Part shown: piece after piece, positions 9,313 to 18,695 of the stretch
Position numbering within the stretch: position 1 is the first letter of the stretch
Layout: each line of letters opens with the position of its first letter
NCBI RefSeq assembly: GCF_050320075.1
Contig: NZ_CP190018.1
Length of the DNA: 64,000 nt
Source of the DNA: Escherichia coli
Lineage (GTDB): Bacteria > Pseudomonadota > Gammaproteobacteria > Enterobacterales > Enterobacteriaceae
Reading direction: 5' to 3' (one strand)
Position numbers and translations under genes: made by a program
The notes under the pieces: model-generated
The model's input: only the letters and a program-made list of their open reading frames with translations
Database searches by the model: none
What the model was told of the DNA's origin: nothing

Positions 9313-11571
9313 TCAAATCAATCCTGCCAGATGGAACTCTTCATATAACCGTTTTGGCGTCAGCGGCAGTGTATTGATTGCAACACCGGTAGCCATCTTC
9401 ACCGCGTTACGAATAGCAGCGGCAACAGGAATTATTGGTGGCTCACCTAGTGACTTATGTCCGTATGCGGATTGCGGCTCATTGATTTCGATGAACGCGC
9501 TTTCCAGTTGTGGCAGATCCGGCATGGTGGGCATTTTGTAATCCAGCAGATTGGGGTTACGGACCACGCCGCTTTTCGCATCGATGATCATCTCTTCAAA
9601 TAGCGCCCAGCCAATGCCCATTCCCATTCCGCCGTGTACCTGACCTTCTGCCAGCAACGGATTAAGAATATGGCCCGAATCATGAACGTTGAGGATGCGG
9701 TTGATGGTGACTTTGCACAGCGCAATATCGATCGTCAGATCAACAAAGGTACAGCCAAACGCTGGTGGGTTAGTGGTGGTTTTGATGGAGCTTTCGGCAG
9801 AGAGCTGCCCACCGCGTTCAGGGTGGTAGAAAGCGTCCATCGCCAAATCTTTTAACGACATTAACGGCTCTTCCGGTCGTTCAACCAGCACGATATGGCC
9901 TTTTATCAGGGTCAGATTCATCGCTGACTGATGTAGCATGACTGCGGCGTGAGCGATGATTTTCTCTTTTAATAACAGTGCCGCACTGCGCAGCGCAGGC
10001 GCGGCAACATAGCTCTGGCGTGAGGCAAATGCGCCGGGATCGAACGGCGTAACATCGGTATCTTGTGTTGAAATAACGCGAACGTCGCTGACCGGAACCC
10101 CCACGGTTTCTGCCACCATTTGCGAGAAGACGGTGTCGGCACCCTGACCGATTTCCGTCGCGCCGCTTTGCACGTTGATGGTTCCATCCTGATTCATCAG
10201 AAGGCGCGCGCCTGCTATTTCTACGCCGACAGGCCAGGTGTTCGAGGTGTAGCTAAAACAGGCGACGCCAACGCCGCGGCGTAAATTGCCTTGCTGGTTC
10301 TGGCACTCTGCACGGCGTTTTTCCCATTCAAAGATTTTCCGGCCTTTTTCAAGACACTCCGGCAACCCTGCGCTGTAAATACGTTTGCCCGTGAGCGGAT
10401 TAGCATCTCCTTCGCGGGCGGCGTTGCGTAAACGAATTTCAACAGGATCAATACCTAACGCTGTCGCGGCGTCATCAAGCATAGACTCAACGGCAAATAC
10501 GACTTGTGGCGCGCCATAACCACGCATCGCACCAGCCGAGGGGAGGTTGGTATAGCAGGTCTTTGAACTGTAAGCGTAGGCACAACGAGGATAAAGGTAA
10601 GCGACTTTATTCCCCCCTGCAGAAGCGATGGAGTGCCCGTGAGATGCATAAGCGCCGGTGTTAGACAGAACATCCAGACTATAACCTTTCAATGTTCCGT
10701 CGCGGTTCACGCCCATTTGCCCGTCAATAGTAAAAGCGTGGCGGGTACGGGTTGCGAGGAAACACTCTTCACGGCTAAGGGAAACTTTCACCGGAATGCC
10801 GCCAAGCTTGCTGGTCAGGAATGCTGCCATTGGCTCTTCCAGTACATCCTGTTTATTACCAAAACCGCCACCGACAAACGGTTTGATGACTCGTACGCAT
10901 GACCAGGGGATATCCAGCGCCTGACCAACCACGCGGCGAACAATGTGCGGGATCTGGGTGCTGGAAACGATGGTAATTCGCGAGTCATCCTCCATCCATG
11001 CCAGCGATGTCACGCTTTCCATGTGACAATGTTGAATGACCGGCGTCTGATAGTGCCCCTGTACCTGGTAGTCGGCGGCATCGATTGTTTGTTGGACATT
11101 GCCCGTCGTCATCGTGCTTTGTTTTAGTAAATTGCCGCCGTTATGGATTGGTTCAGCGTCATCAGCCAGCGCCGCTTCTGGGGTGGTGATAACGGGTAAT
11201 TCTTGCCACTCAATGCTGACCAATTGCGCCGCTTTTTCTGCCGTGAGTTCATCACGGGCCACGACGATGGCAACGGCGTCACCATGGTGACGAACATGGC
11301 GAGTTAGCAGTGCGCGATCGGCGGTATCGCGCTTGTTTTCGTCAAGTGTCCAGGCATGCCCAGCTGTAGCGAATGGGATATCAGGCACATCTTCCCAGGT
11401 AAAAATCGCCAGTACGCCCGGTAAACTTCTGGCTTGTTCATCATTAATACTTACGGCATAACCATGTGCGATAGGGCTACGTACATATTTCGCGTAACAC
11501 ATGCCCGCCATAACATAATCGTCAGTATATCGTGCCCGCCCGGTGACCTTAGCAATGGCATCTACGCGCAT
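9313..11571 (-). CDS. xdhA: xanthine dehydrogenase molybdopterin-binding subunit
   Basis: ORF 9313..11610 trimmed to MRVDAIAKVTGRARY; aldehyde oxidase / xanthine dehydrogenase family large subunit. Confidence 0.9.
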   Translation of the reverse strand: MRVDAIAKVTGRARYTDDYVMAGMCYAKYVRSPIAHGYAVSINDEQARSLPGVLAIFTWEDVPDIPFATAGHAWTLDENKRDTADRALLTRHVRHHGDAVAIVVARDELTAEKAAQLVSIEWQELPVITTPEAALADDAEPIHNGGNLLKQSTMTTGNVQQTIDAADYQVQGHYQTPVIQHCHMESVTSLAWMEDDSRITIVSSTQIPHIVRRVVGQALDIPWSCVRVIKPFVGGGFGNKQDVLEEPMAAFLTSKLGGIPVKVSLSREECFLATRTRHAFTIDGQMGVNRDGTLKGYSLDVLSNTGAYASHGHSIASAGGNKVAYLYPRCAYAYSSKTCYTNLPSAGAMRGYGAPQVVFAVESMLDDAATALGIDPVEIRLRNAAREGDANPLTGKRIYSAGLPECLEKGRKIFEWEKRRAECQNQQGNLRRGVGVACFSYTSNTWPVGVEIAGARLLMNQDGTINVQSGATEIGQGADTVFSQMVAETVGVPVSDVRVISTQDTDVTPFDPGAFASRQSYVAAPALRSAALLLKEKIIAHAAVMLHQSAMNLTLIKGHIVLVERPEEPLMSLKDLAMDAFYHPERGGQLSAESSIKTTTNPPAFGCTFVDLTIDIALCKVTINRILNVHDSGHILNPLLAEGQVHGGMGMGIGWALFEEMIIDAKSGVVRNPNLLDYKMPTMPDLPQLESAFIEINEPQSAYGHKSLGEPPIIPVAAAIRNAVKMATGVAINTLPLTPKRLYEEFHLAGLI

Positions 11572-12025
11572 GCATGATTCACCTGTAGCGGTTGCTTCCC
11601 GCGCTTCCATAGAAATCCCCTCGATTTGAACATTTGGTTCTTATGGCAAAGATTTAGTCTAAGCAGGCAAGATTTACGCCAGAAACGACGATAAGCGTTA
11701 AGGGAGGAAGGAAGTGTGATGATGTTAAAAAAACACAGATATGATACGAAACAGGACCCTGAATAGGGGCAGTGATACGTATCAATATGAGTGGCGATAA
11801 AATCAATGTGATAAATTGGGATTATTACGCATCAGGATGGGAAATAGGGTAAATGAGTCAGGAAATTAGATACATCTACAGTGAATATTTTGCTGATGAT
11901 ACTTCCCTTTGCCAAATGAAATTAACCTCTTTCTCTATTACCGCGTTTTTCCAGAAGCAAGAGATTGGGTATCAAGAGGCTGGCTGCTATGATATGGCGT
12001 CTTGTTTTTTAAGCGAGGAAAGATT

Positions 12026-12778
12026 TTGAGTGCGGGACGCCTGAATAAAAAATCTCTGGGTATCGTGATGTTGTTATCGGTTGGACTGCTTTTGGCGGGC
12101 TGCTCGGGTAGCAAATCATCCGATACAGGAACGTATTCCGGCTCCGTTTACACCGTGAAACGGGGGGATACGCTATATCGTATTTCGCGCACCACGGGAA
12201 CCAGCGTAAAAGAGCTGGCGCGACTGAACGGCATTTCCCCCCCTTACACCATTGAAGTTGGTCAGAAACTAAAACTGGGTGGGGCGAAAAGTAGCAGTAC
12301 ACGTAAATCAACCGCCAAATCAACGACCAAAACCGCATCGGTTACACCGTCATCAGCAGTACCGAAATCTTCCTGGCCGCCAGTAGGGCAACGTTGTTGG
12401 TTATGGCCAACGACAGGGAAAGTTATCATGCCGTATTCGACAGCTGATGGCGGCAATAAAGGGATTGATATCTCAGCTCCACGGGGTACACCTATTTACG
12501 CCGCGGGTGCAGGAAAGGTGGTGTATGTGGGCAACCAGCTGCGTGGCTACGGTAATCTCATCATGATTAAACACAGTGAAGATTACATTACGGCTTACGC
12601 CCATAATGACACGATGCTGGTAAATAATGGGCAAAGCGTAAAGGCTGGGCAAAAAATCGCCACTATGGGGAGCACTGATGCGGCATCGGTTCGCCTGCAT
12701 TTCCAGATTCGTTACCGTGCAACGGCAATTGATCCGCTACGTTACTTGCCGCCTCAGGGCAGCAAGCCAAAATGCTGA
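12026..12778 (+). CDS. ygeR: LysM-domain / M23-peptidase-family lipoprotein
   Basis: Lipobox LLAGCSG, LysM (YTVKRGDTLYRIS), C-terminal M23 motifs; likely TTG start at 12026. Confidence 0.8.
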   Translation: MSAGRLNKKSLGIVMLLSVGLLLAGCSGSKSSDTGTYSGSVYTVKRGDTLYRISRTTGTSVKELARLNGISPPYTIEVGQKLKLGGAKSSSTRKSTAKSTTKTASVTPSSAVPKSSWPPVGQRCWLWPTTGKVIMPYSTADGGNKGIDISAPRGTPIYAAGAGKVVYVGNQLRGYGNLIMIKHSEDYITAYAHNDTMLVNNGQSVKAGQKIATMGSTDAASVRLHFQIRYRATAIDPLRYLPPQGSKPKC

Positions 12779-12856
12779 TGGCGAATTAATCAGCAGTCAG
12801 CAGCGCGGCACTTGCTAAGGAGAGCGTAAGGTTTATAATGCCTTACGCATCTCGAA

Positions 12857-12930
12857 GCGGGCGTAGTTCAATGGTAGAACGAGAGCTTCCCAAGCTCTAT
12901 ACGAGGGTTCGATTCCCTTCGCCCGCTCAA
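12857..12930 (+). tRNA. glyU: tRNA-Gly (anticodon CCC)
   Basis: GCGGGCGTAGTTCAATGGTAGAACGAGAGCTTCCCAAGCTCTATACGAGGGTTCGATTCCCTTCGCCCGCTC; acceptor stem pairs, anticodon loop CTTCCCAAG, T-loop GGTTCGATTCC; 3' end reads CAA rather than CCA. Confidence 0.9.
12913..12928. repeat. attL core: 16-bp direct repeat (tRNA-Gly 3' end)
   Basis: TTCCCTTCGCCCGCTC identical to 32061..32076. Confidence 0.7.
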
Positions 12931-13094
12931 AACAAACATTTCTCAACGTCTACTGAAGTCCATCAAATCCACGAATATCAAGCCTTTCAGCCATTTTCAT
13001 AGCTTATTAACGTCTACTCACAACTACCAGAATCTACACACAGAAGTGTATAGTAATGCGTATAGGACAAAATTTATTTTTTGGAGCTATACAC

Positions 13095-14309
13095 ATGCTG
13101 CTTTCAGACCTTGCTATCAGGCGCGCGAAGCCGAAAGAAAAGGCTTATACACTCAATGACGGTAACGGGCTTTCGTTACTCATTGAGCCGAACGGCTCGA
13201 AAGGGTGGCGACTACGTTACAGATTTGCAGGAAAGCCCAAAATGTTGTCGTTGGGCGTGTACCCTGATGTGTCTCTGTCTGATGCCAGAGCGGCAAGGGA
13301 TGAGGCTAAAAGGCTTCTTGCTGGTGGTATAAATCCAAGTGAGGCCAGAAAAGCTCAAAAGCGAGAACAGGCGAGCAAATTTGGCAATACTTTTGAGGGT
13401 ATCGCTCGCGAATGGTATGAAAAGCGGATCGACAGGTGGTCATCGTCATACGCCGAGGAAATGATCGAGACGTTTGAAAAAGACGTTTTTCCGTACATTG
13501 GCGGCAGGCCGATCGCAGAAATTAAGCCAATGGAGTTGCTTGCGGTTCTCTCCCGTCTTAATGACCGTGGGGCGACCGAAAAATTGCGTAAGGTTCGCCA
13601 GCGATGCGGCGAGGTGTTCCGGTACGCAATCATCACCGGACGCGCTGAATATAACCCCGCACCAGATCTGGCAAGCGCATTTGCTCCACACAAAAAAGAG
13701 CATTATGCCTATTTGAAGGCCGACGAACTGCCGGAATTTTTCCGCGTTCTTAATACGTACACCGGAAGCCAGATCGTCAAGCTGGGTATGCGATTATTGA
13801 TTCTGACAGGGCTCCGGCCAGGGGAATTACGACAGGCAGAATGGCAGGAGATCGATTTTGATAATCGTTTGTGGGAAGTGCCTAAAGAACGAATGAAGAT
13901 GCGCCGTCCTCATTGTGTGCCGCTTTCAGAACAGGCGATCGCTATTCTGGAACAGTTAAAACACATGACGGGGCAGTATCAGTTTATTTTCCCTGGTCGA
14001 ATCCAGCACAGTAAGCCGATGAGTGAAATGGCGATGAACGTGCTTATTCGTCGTATTGGCTATTCTGGGCGCGTTACTGGTCATGGGTTCCGGCACACGA
14101 TGAGCACGATTTTACATGAGCAGGGCTATAACACCGCGTGGATAGAAACGCAGCTTGCACACGTTGATAAGAACTCAATTCGTGGCACGTACAATCATGC
14201 GCAATATCTGGACGGGCGGCGCGAGATGCTCCAGTGGTACGCCGACTATATGGACTCACTGGAACAGGGCGGCAACGTGGTGCATGGCAAGTTCGGAAAA
14301 TGTGGATGA
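13095..14309 (+). CDS. tyrosine integrase, P4-type
   Basis: ORF 13056..14309; N-terminal LSDLAIRRAKPKEKAYTLNDGNGLSL and catalytic-domain HGFRHT ... Y residues typical of P4/CP4-57-like integrases. Confidence 0.85.
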   Translation: MLLSDLAIRRAKPKEKAYTLNDGNGLSLLIEPNGSKGWRLRYRFAGKPKMLSLGVYPDVSLSDARAARDEAKRLLAGGINPSEARKAQKREQASKFGNTFEGIAREWYEKRIDRWSSSYAEEMIETFEKDVFPYIGGRPIAEIKPMELLAVLSRLNDRGATEKLRKVRQRCGEVFRYAIITGRAEYNPAPDLASAFAPHKKEHYAYLKADELPEFFRVLNTYTGSQIVKLGMRLLILTGLRPGELRQAEWQEIDFDNRLWEVPKERMKMRRPHCVPLSEQAIAILEQLKHMTGQYQFIFPGRIQHSKPMSEMAMNVLIRRIGYSGRVTGHGFRHTMSTILHEQGYNTAWIETQLAHVDKNSIRGTYNHAQYLDGRREMLQWYADYMDSLEQGGNVVHGKFGKCG

Positions 14310-14431
14310 CTGGTTGAGTATACAGTAGTAGACTTTGAGCGACGAAAGAAAAAGCTGTGTCTAGGGTCGCTCCCGAAAAACCGTATACCTCGACGGGCTG
14401 GCACAGCCACTACAGTAGAGGACGCTGAGGT

Positions 14432-15235
14432 GTGCGTATGATTGATATTCATGCCGAATTAAACGAATACAAAAAAGATTTTATTTCTTTACGTGAATTT
14501 CTTGAGGTCGTGCTTAAGGTCGCTGGTGATGATTATGATGTTTCAGATCTCATAACTTGGATACTCAGGAGAATAAGCGGAGAACATATCCGCCTGTACA
14601 CAGTAAATGAATTTAAGCTGTTGGAATCTTTTTGTAACCCGTATCGGGATGAATTTGATTATGATGTTCTTTATAGAAATCTGGATGCGGTTCGGAAACA
14701 TGGTTGTTTACCTGGTGAGAGGGATGAAAATGGTTTTCTGGTGTCCGGTTATTGGGAAGATCCCGAATTTGAGAACATTGGATTTATAAGGGGTGAAATT
14801 TTCGCAATTTTTCCCGATGTCCTTGACGCGTTAACGAAGCTGGAAGGCGCTAACTCTTCTGAAAATGACGAGGTACAAGGACGCGATATTGAAAAGAAAG
14901 AGTTGCGTACAGAGGATGATTTATTATCCCAAATCGCAATGCTGGAAAGAGAAAACGCAGAGTTAAGGGCAAGGATAGAGCAGTTAGAGCAAGAGCGCCC
15001 GATACACTTATATAAATACTGGGATAAAGACCCATTAGCTAAGGCTATTGAGATTAGAAACAGAGAGTGGGCCAATTACGATCCAGAAAATGATTTTGCC
15101 ACCAGGGGAAATCAAGAAGCGATAACCAGGGAGCTTAAGCAGTGGGGGGCAAGTAATGCTCTTGCAACGCTCATAGAGAGGACTGCCTGCCCTATTAACC
15201 GAGACAACAGCCAAAAGAACGCAAAGCCGGATTAA
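14432..15235 (+). CDS. hypothetical protein (267 aa), acidic with coiled-coil segment
   Basis: Long ORF in AT-rich DNA between int and alpA; heptad-like LSQIAMLERENAELRARIEQLEQE; no family recognised. Confidence 0.5.
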   Translation: MRMIDIHAELNEYKKDFISLREFLEVVLKVAGDDYDVSDLITWILRRISGEHIRLYTVNEFKLLESFCNPYRDEFDYDVLYRNLDAVRKHGCLPGERDENGFLVSGYWEDPEFENIGFIRGEIFAIFPDVLDALTKLEGANSSENDEVQGRDIEKKELRTEDDLLSQIAMLERENAELRARIEQLEQERPIHLYKYWDKDPLAKAIEIRNREWANYDPENDFATRGNQEAITRELKQWGASNALATLIERTACPINRDNSQKNAKPD

Positions 15236-15248
15236 CGCACCATACCGC

Positions 15249-15399
15249 ATACCCTGAGGGTGATTTACTGTTACCCTGAGGGTATTTTTTTATCTTCCCC
15301 GTCAATTTTACCATCACCCTTAGGGTAGATTTCCTCCCGATTACCATCACCCTTAGGGTTAATTTCCTTCCGGTAACCATTAGGCCTGAGGGTATGAAA
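15249..15399. repeat. array of five palindromic ACCCT(G/T)AGGGT motifs (putative regulator binding sites)
   Basis: taccctgagggt x2, catcacccttagggt(a/t) x2 within a 33-bp direct repeat, ggcctgagggta; located just upstream of alpA. Confidence 0.6.
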
Positions 15400-15462
15400 A
15401 TATTCGTTATTTCTGTGCCATGATTACCTCGTCAAATTGAGTAGACGTTATGAGGTAAATAG

Positions 15463-15660
15463 ATGTCAAATACGCTTATTCGTTTAACAGAAGTTCAGCG
15501 TAGAACTGGATATAGCAAGGCATGGATTTATCGCCTTATGGGGCAAGGTAAATTTCCTGCATCAGTTAAAATTGGCTCGCGAGCGATTGCTTTCGTTGAA
15601 AGTGAAATTGACGAATGGATCAATCAGCGTATTGCCGAATCACGCGGAACGGCTGCCTGA
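15463..15660 (+). CDS. alpA: AlpA-family transcriptional regulator / excisionase-like (MerR-type HTH)
   Basis: 65 aa, LTEVQRRTGYSKAWIYRLMGQGKFP motif characteristic of AlpA/phage regulatory protein. Confidence 0.8.
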   Translation: MSNTLIRLTEVQRRTGYSKAWIYRLMGQGKFPASVKIGSRAIAFVESEIDEWINQRIAESRGTAA

Positions 15661-15735
15661 TTAAATAGCTACGGGTTATTGCCCAAGCTATCCACTAGCA
15701 AATAAAAAGTAACTTAATTCGATAGCGGAGTTTTT

Positions 15736-16560
15736 ATGAAACTGCGAAAAACGCCCGTACAGGGGCAGGGCTTTGTTCGGCCTGAAAACCAGAATCTGCA
15801 AAATTTCGGCGAAATTATCCCGGTTATTTCCGGCGTTATTGGCGGGCGTGAAGCCGCTGTTGTTAGCGCAAAAGCGTTACACAAAGCGTTGGGCGTGGGA
15901 AAAGACTTCTCTACATGGATCACTGATCGTATCTCTGAATATGACTTCACCATTGGGTACGATTACTCAGTCCATAAAACAATTTCCCCAAATTTGGGGA
16001 AAAGCCCGAATGGCGAGGCTTACAGCAAGATTAAGCACTCTGGCAGACCCGGTAAAGACTATCTGTTAAGTGTCGGAATGGCGAAAGAACTGGCAATGAT
16101 CGAACGCACCGAACAGGGCCGCGCCGTTCGTCAGTACTTCATCAAATGCGAGGAGGAGCTACACAAAGTAGCGCCAGTGCGTTCCGCAGCGTTACGCCGT
16201 GAACTGAAAGCCCGTATCACCGTTGCCAGCTACTTTAAGCCGATGTGTGCCGCGCTGGAGGCGTACCGCGCTGAACTGGGTAAAAACACGCTCCAGCACC
16301 ACTACACCACGGAAGCCAATATGCTGGCGCGTATCGTGCTGGGTGGCATGACTGCAAAACAGTGGGCGCAGGCGAACGGCATCACAGGCGAACCACGCGA
16401 CCACATGAGCACGCTGCAGCTTGAGCACCTTTCTTACCTTGAGCAGAGCAATATCACGCTGATTGAGTTAGGCCAGGACTACCACCAGCGGAAAGCTGAA
16501 TTAATTCGTCTTTCGCAACGCTGGTTAGCCCGCCGCATGGAGGTGAGCAGCCATGCGTAA
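15736..16560 (+). CDS. phage antirepressor-like protein (KilA-C-like domain), tentative
   Basis: 274 aa; position after alpA and adjacency to a Bro-N gene; domain call is from memory of motif content only. Confidence 0.45.
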   Translation: MKLRKTPVQGQGFVRPENQNLQNFGEIIPVISGVIGGREAAVVSAKALHKALGVGKDFSTWITDRISEYDFTIGYDYSVHKTISPNLGKSPNGEAYSKIKHSGRPGKDYLLSVGMAKELAMIERTEQGRAVRQYFIKCEEELHKVAPVRSAALRRELKARITVASYFKPMCAALEAYRAELGKNTLQHHYTTEANMLARIVLGGMTAKQWAQANGITGEPRDHMSTLQLEHLSYLEQSNITLIELGQDYHQRKAELIRLSQRWLARRMEVSSHA

Positions 16561-17110
16561 ACCTGTCTTTTATGCCGGGCGCACTGAAATCTCTGTCATT
16601 AAATTCGATGACATTCAGGTGCGCATAGTGAGTATCAACGGCGAGCCGTGGTTTGTTGGCGCTGATGTGTGTGCTGCGCTGGAAATCAGCAATGTTACTG
16701 ATGCTGTTTCAGTTCTGGATAACGACGAGGTAATGACCCTAGCTTTAACCGAGGGGCATTCCGGTAAGCGTGGTGGTGCCAGAAGCTGGAATGTTGTCTC
16801 TGAATCAGGTTTCTACAAACTGATCGCCCGCAGCCGTAAAGCTTCCACACCTGGCACATTTGCGCACCGTTTCAGTAACTGGGTATTCCGCGAGGTTATT
16901 CCTTCAATCCGCAAAACGGGGAGTTATGGTGTTCCGTTTGCCATGCTGAATGATTTCAGTAAACGCCAGGCTGCATATCAACAGGAAGCCAGCAAACGCG
17001 GTTACAGGTTACAGCAATGCAAAGAGGCAAAAGATGCACTGGAACGAGAAGAGCGGGCGCTATGGCGTAAATATCAGCCTGATTTTCTGGAGGGTGAAAG
17101 CAATGTGTAA
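16553..17110 (+). CDS. Bro-N domain protein (prophage antirepressor family), tentative
   Basis: 185 aa; N-terminal FxFxxxxVRxxxxxGEPWFV pattern typical of Bro-N; start overlaps previous stop. Confidence 0.5.
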   Translation: MRKPVFYAGRTEISVIKFDDIQVRIVSINGEPWFVGADVCAALEISNVTDAVSVLDNDEVMTLALTEGHSGKRGGARSWNVVSESGFYKLIARSRKASTPGTFAHRFSNWVFREVIPSIRKTGSYGVPFAMLNDFSKRQAAYQQEASKRGYRLQQCKEAKDALEREERALWRKYQPDFLEGESNV

Positions 17111-17278
17111 CGATCCGAACGTTACAGAAAGAAAAAGCGCCCCGTTGCTGGATAACAGGCAAAACAAAGGCGACCGGGATAGGTCGCCAGTGGGAACAAA
17201 GGAAATCAAACGCATCGCCAACAATGCCAGATTTGCGGCTGGTGGGCAATGTGATCAGTGTGCTGGCTTGCTGGTGGG

Positions 17279-17476
17279 CTATTCCTGCTCTTTAGCATCG
17301 CCATACTGCGATGTTTTCCAGGTATGCGATCCCATTTTTGTGCGCCTGTACTCTTTTAAGAACTTCTCAAGGACAAACGCACATGGTGCAAATCTTTCCT
17401 GTTCTTGTTCGCTTACCGCATTTTTGCGTTGTTTTTTCCTGGATGAGGATAATTTCTTTAATGATTTGTCAGTCAT
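17279..17476 (-). CDS. small basic protein, diverged paralogue of the adjacent 65-aa gene
   Basis: 65 aa; shares C-terminal ...AKEQE and upstream nucleotide similarity with 17534..17731. Confidence 0.3.
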   Translation of the reverse strand: MTDKSLKKLSSSRKKQRKNAVSEQEQERFAPCAFVLEKFLKEYRRTKMGSHTWKTSQYGDAKEQE

Positions 17477-17533
17477 CGTAGATACCTGTAACCCTGTGCG
17501 CCACAGTTCACCGCACCACGGCGCTGGTGATGG

Positions 17534-17731
17534 TTACTCCTGCTCTTTGGCCTTCCGGCGCTGTTCATATTTTAATTTGCGTCCACAGGCATCTAAGACC
17601 CATGCGGAAAAATTAGCACTAGGATTAGTTAATTTTTCTTGTTCAACACTGGCATCAATCCCATCTATAAGCTCGTGCGGGAATCGAATATTTTTCTTTG
17701 CTGATTTGTTGTTTGTGTTTCCGCTAGACAT
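17534..17731 (-). CDS. small DNA-binding-like protein (YlcI/YnfO-like, tentative)
   Basis: 65 aa; IRFPHELIDGIDA ... NFSAWVLDAC resembles small prophage regulators as I recall them; divergent from the rightward operon. Confidence 0.45.
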   Translation of the reverse strand: MSSGNTNNKSAKKNIRFPHELIDGIDASVEQEKLTNPSANFSAWVLDACGRKLKYEQRRKAKEQE

Positions 17732-17757
17732 TGGTACACCTCACTTAAATGGATTTG

Positions 17758-17841
17758 ATGGGCGCACACAATACAGCAAAAAAAGTGAGAAGTTAAGTAT
17801 TGACATGTGCGCACACATGATTTTAATCTGTGCGCACAGTT
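17758..17841. promoter_or_regulatory. three (T)GTGCGCACA palindromes overlapping a TTGACA -35 box (operator/promoter region)
   Basis: ggcgcacaca (17761), TTGACAtgtgcgcacacatg (17801), ctgtgcgcacag (17828). Confidence 0.5.
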
Positions 17842-18132
17842 TGGGTTGCATTGCTCAAATTAAGCAACGCCCCGCAGTGCTCGCAACACATGCAGGGCGT
17901 CTAACCACCAACGATAGAAAGCGTATCGAGGTAGCTATGTTAAATCATACCACACACCCGCAAGGGCGGGACTCGCACAACCTGAATAAATACATCTGGC
18001 GTTTTATCGCCCTGAGCACCGCACAACCACGCGTAATACACATCGAGGCCGCCAGCGAACAGGAAGCCCGTCAGCAATCCCCGGCTGGCTGCGTGATGGT
18101 ATTTACTGCCCGCATCCGTCAGGGGGAATACT

Positions 18133-18390
18133 ATGCGTGATGAACGATTTATTCTTCTGGAGCAAAAATTCAGTGAAGCGCCAAAAAATGAAATTGATGC
18201 TCTTTTGCATATCGCGAATATGCTAAAAGTAGCAACGTTCCTTATAGTTTCGAATCTGGAGCATGAAACGGCGTTAGATATACTGAACAGTGCTGTCGAT
18301 TATTCTGAATATATTGCCGAGGATAAATACAGGCAATTACCAGATTTGTTAGCCCATAAATATAAAGAAGAACCTCACACCGGGAAATAA
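18133..18390 (+). CDS. hypothetical protein (85 aa)
   Basis: ORF in operon context upstream of the replication protein. Confidence 0.4.
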   Translation: MRDERFILLEQKFSEAPKNEIDALLHIANMLKVATFLIVSNLEHETALDILNSAVDYSEYIAEDKYRQLPDLLAHKYKEEPHTGK

Positions 18391-18392
18391 AC

Positions 18393-18695
18393 ATGAAGAA
18401 GATTAAATTTACTGGCTTAAATGCCAGCGGACAGACTCACCCGAAAATCAGGATCGGGGATATTTTCCGGGATAAATATGGTGACAGCGTGGTTATTAAT
18501 TCCGTGTATGAACGGCACATTACATACCGCCGCGCAGGGTACGACTATGACTGTGTGATGCCCGTTCATCAGTTCCGGCGTGATTTTTCACTGGTATGTG
18601 CAGTACCACGCAGTAAGCCCACCAGTAAAGAGAAAGCACGGGCAAATATTCAGGTAATAAAGAACATGATTAACGCATTCAGGGGCAAGAAATGA
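18393..18695 (+). CDS. hypothetical protein (100 aa)
   Basis: ORF tightly spaced, its stop overlaps the next start. Confidence 0.4.
   Translation: MKKIKFTGLNASGQTHPKIRIGDIFRDKYGDSVVINSVYERHITYRRAGYDYDCVMPVHQFRRDFSLVCAVPRSKPTSKEKARANIQVIKNMINAFRGKK

Noticed and set aside
16950-18140. 396-aa plus-strand ORF
   Set aside because: Cys-rich, low-complexity translation that begins inside the Bro-N gene and overlaps two better-supported minus-strand small genes and a promoter/operator region; judged an artefact
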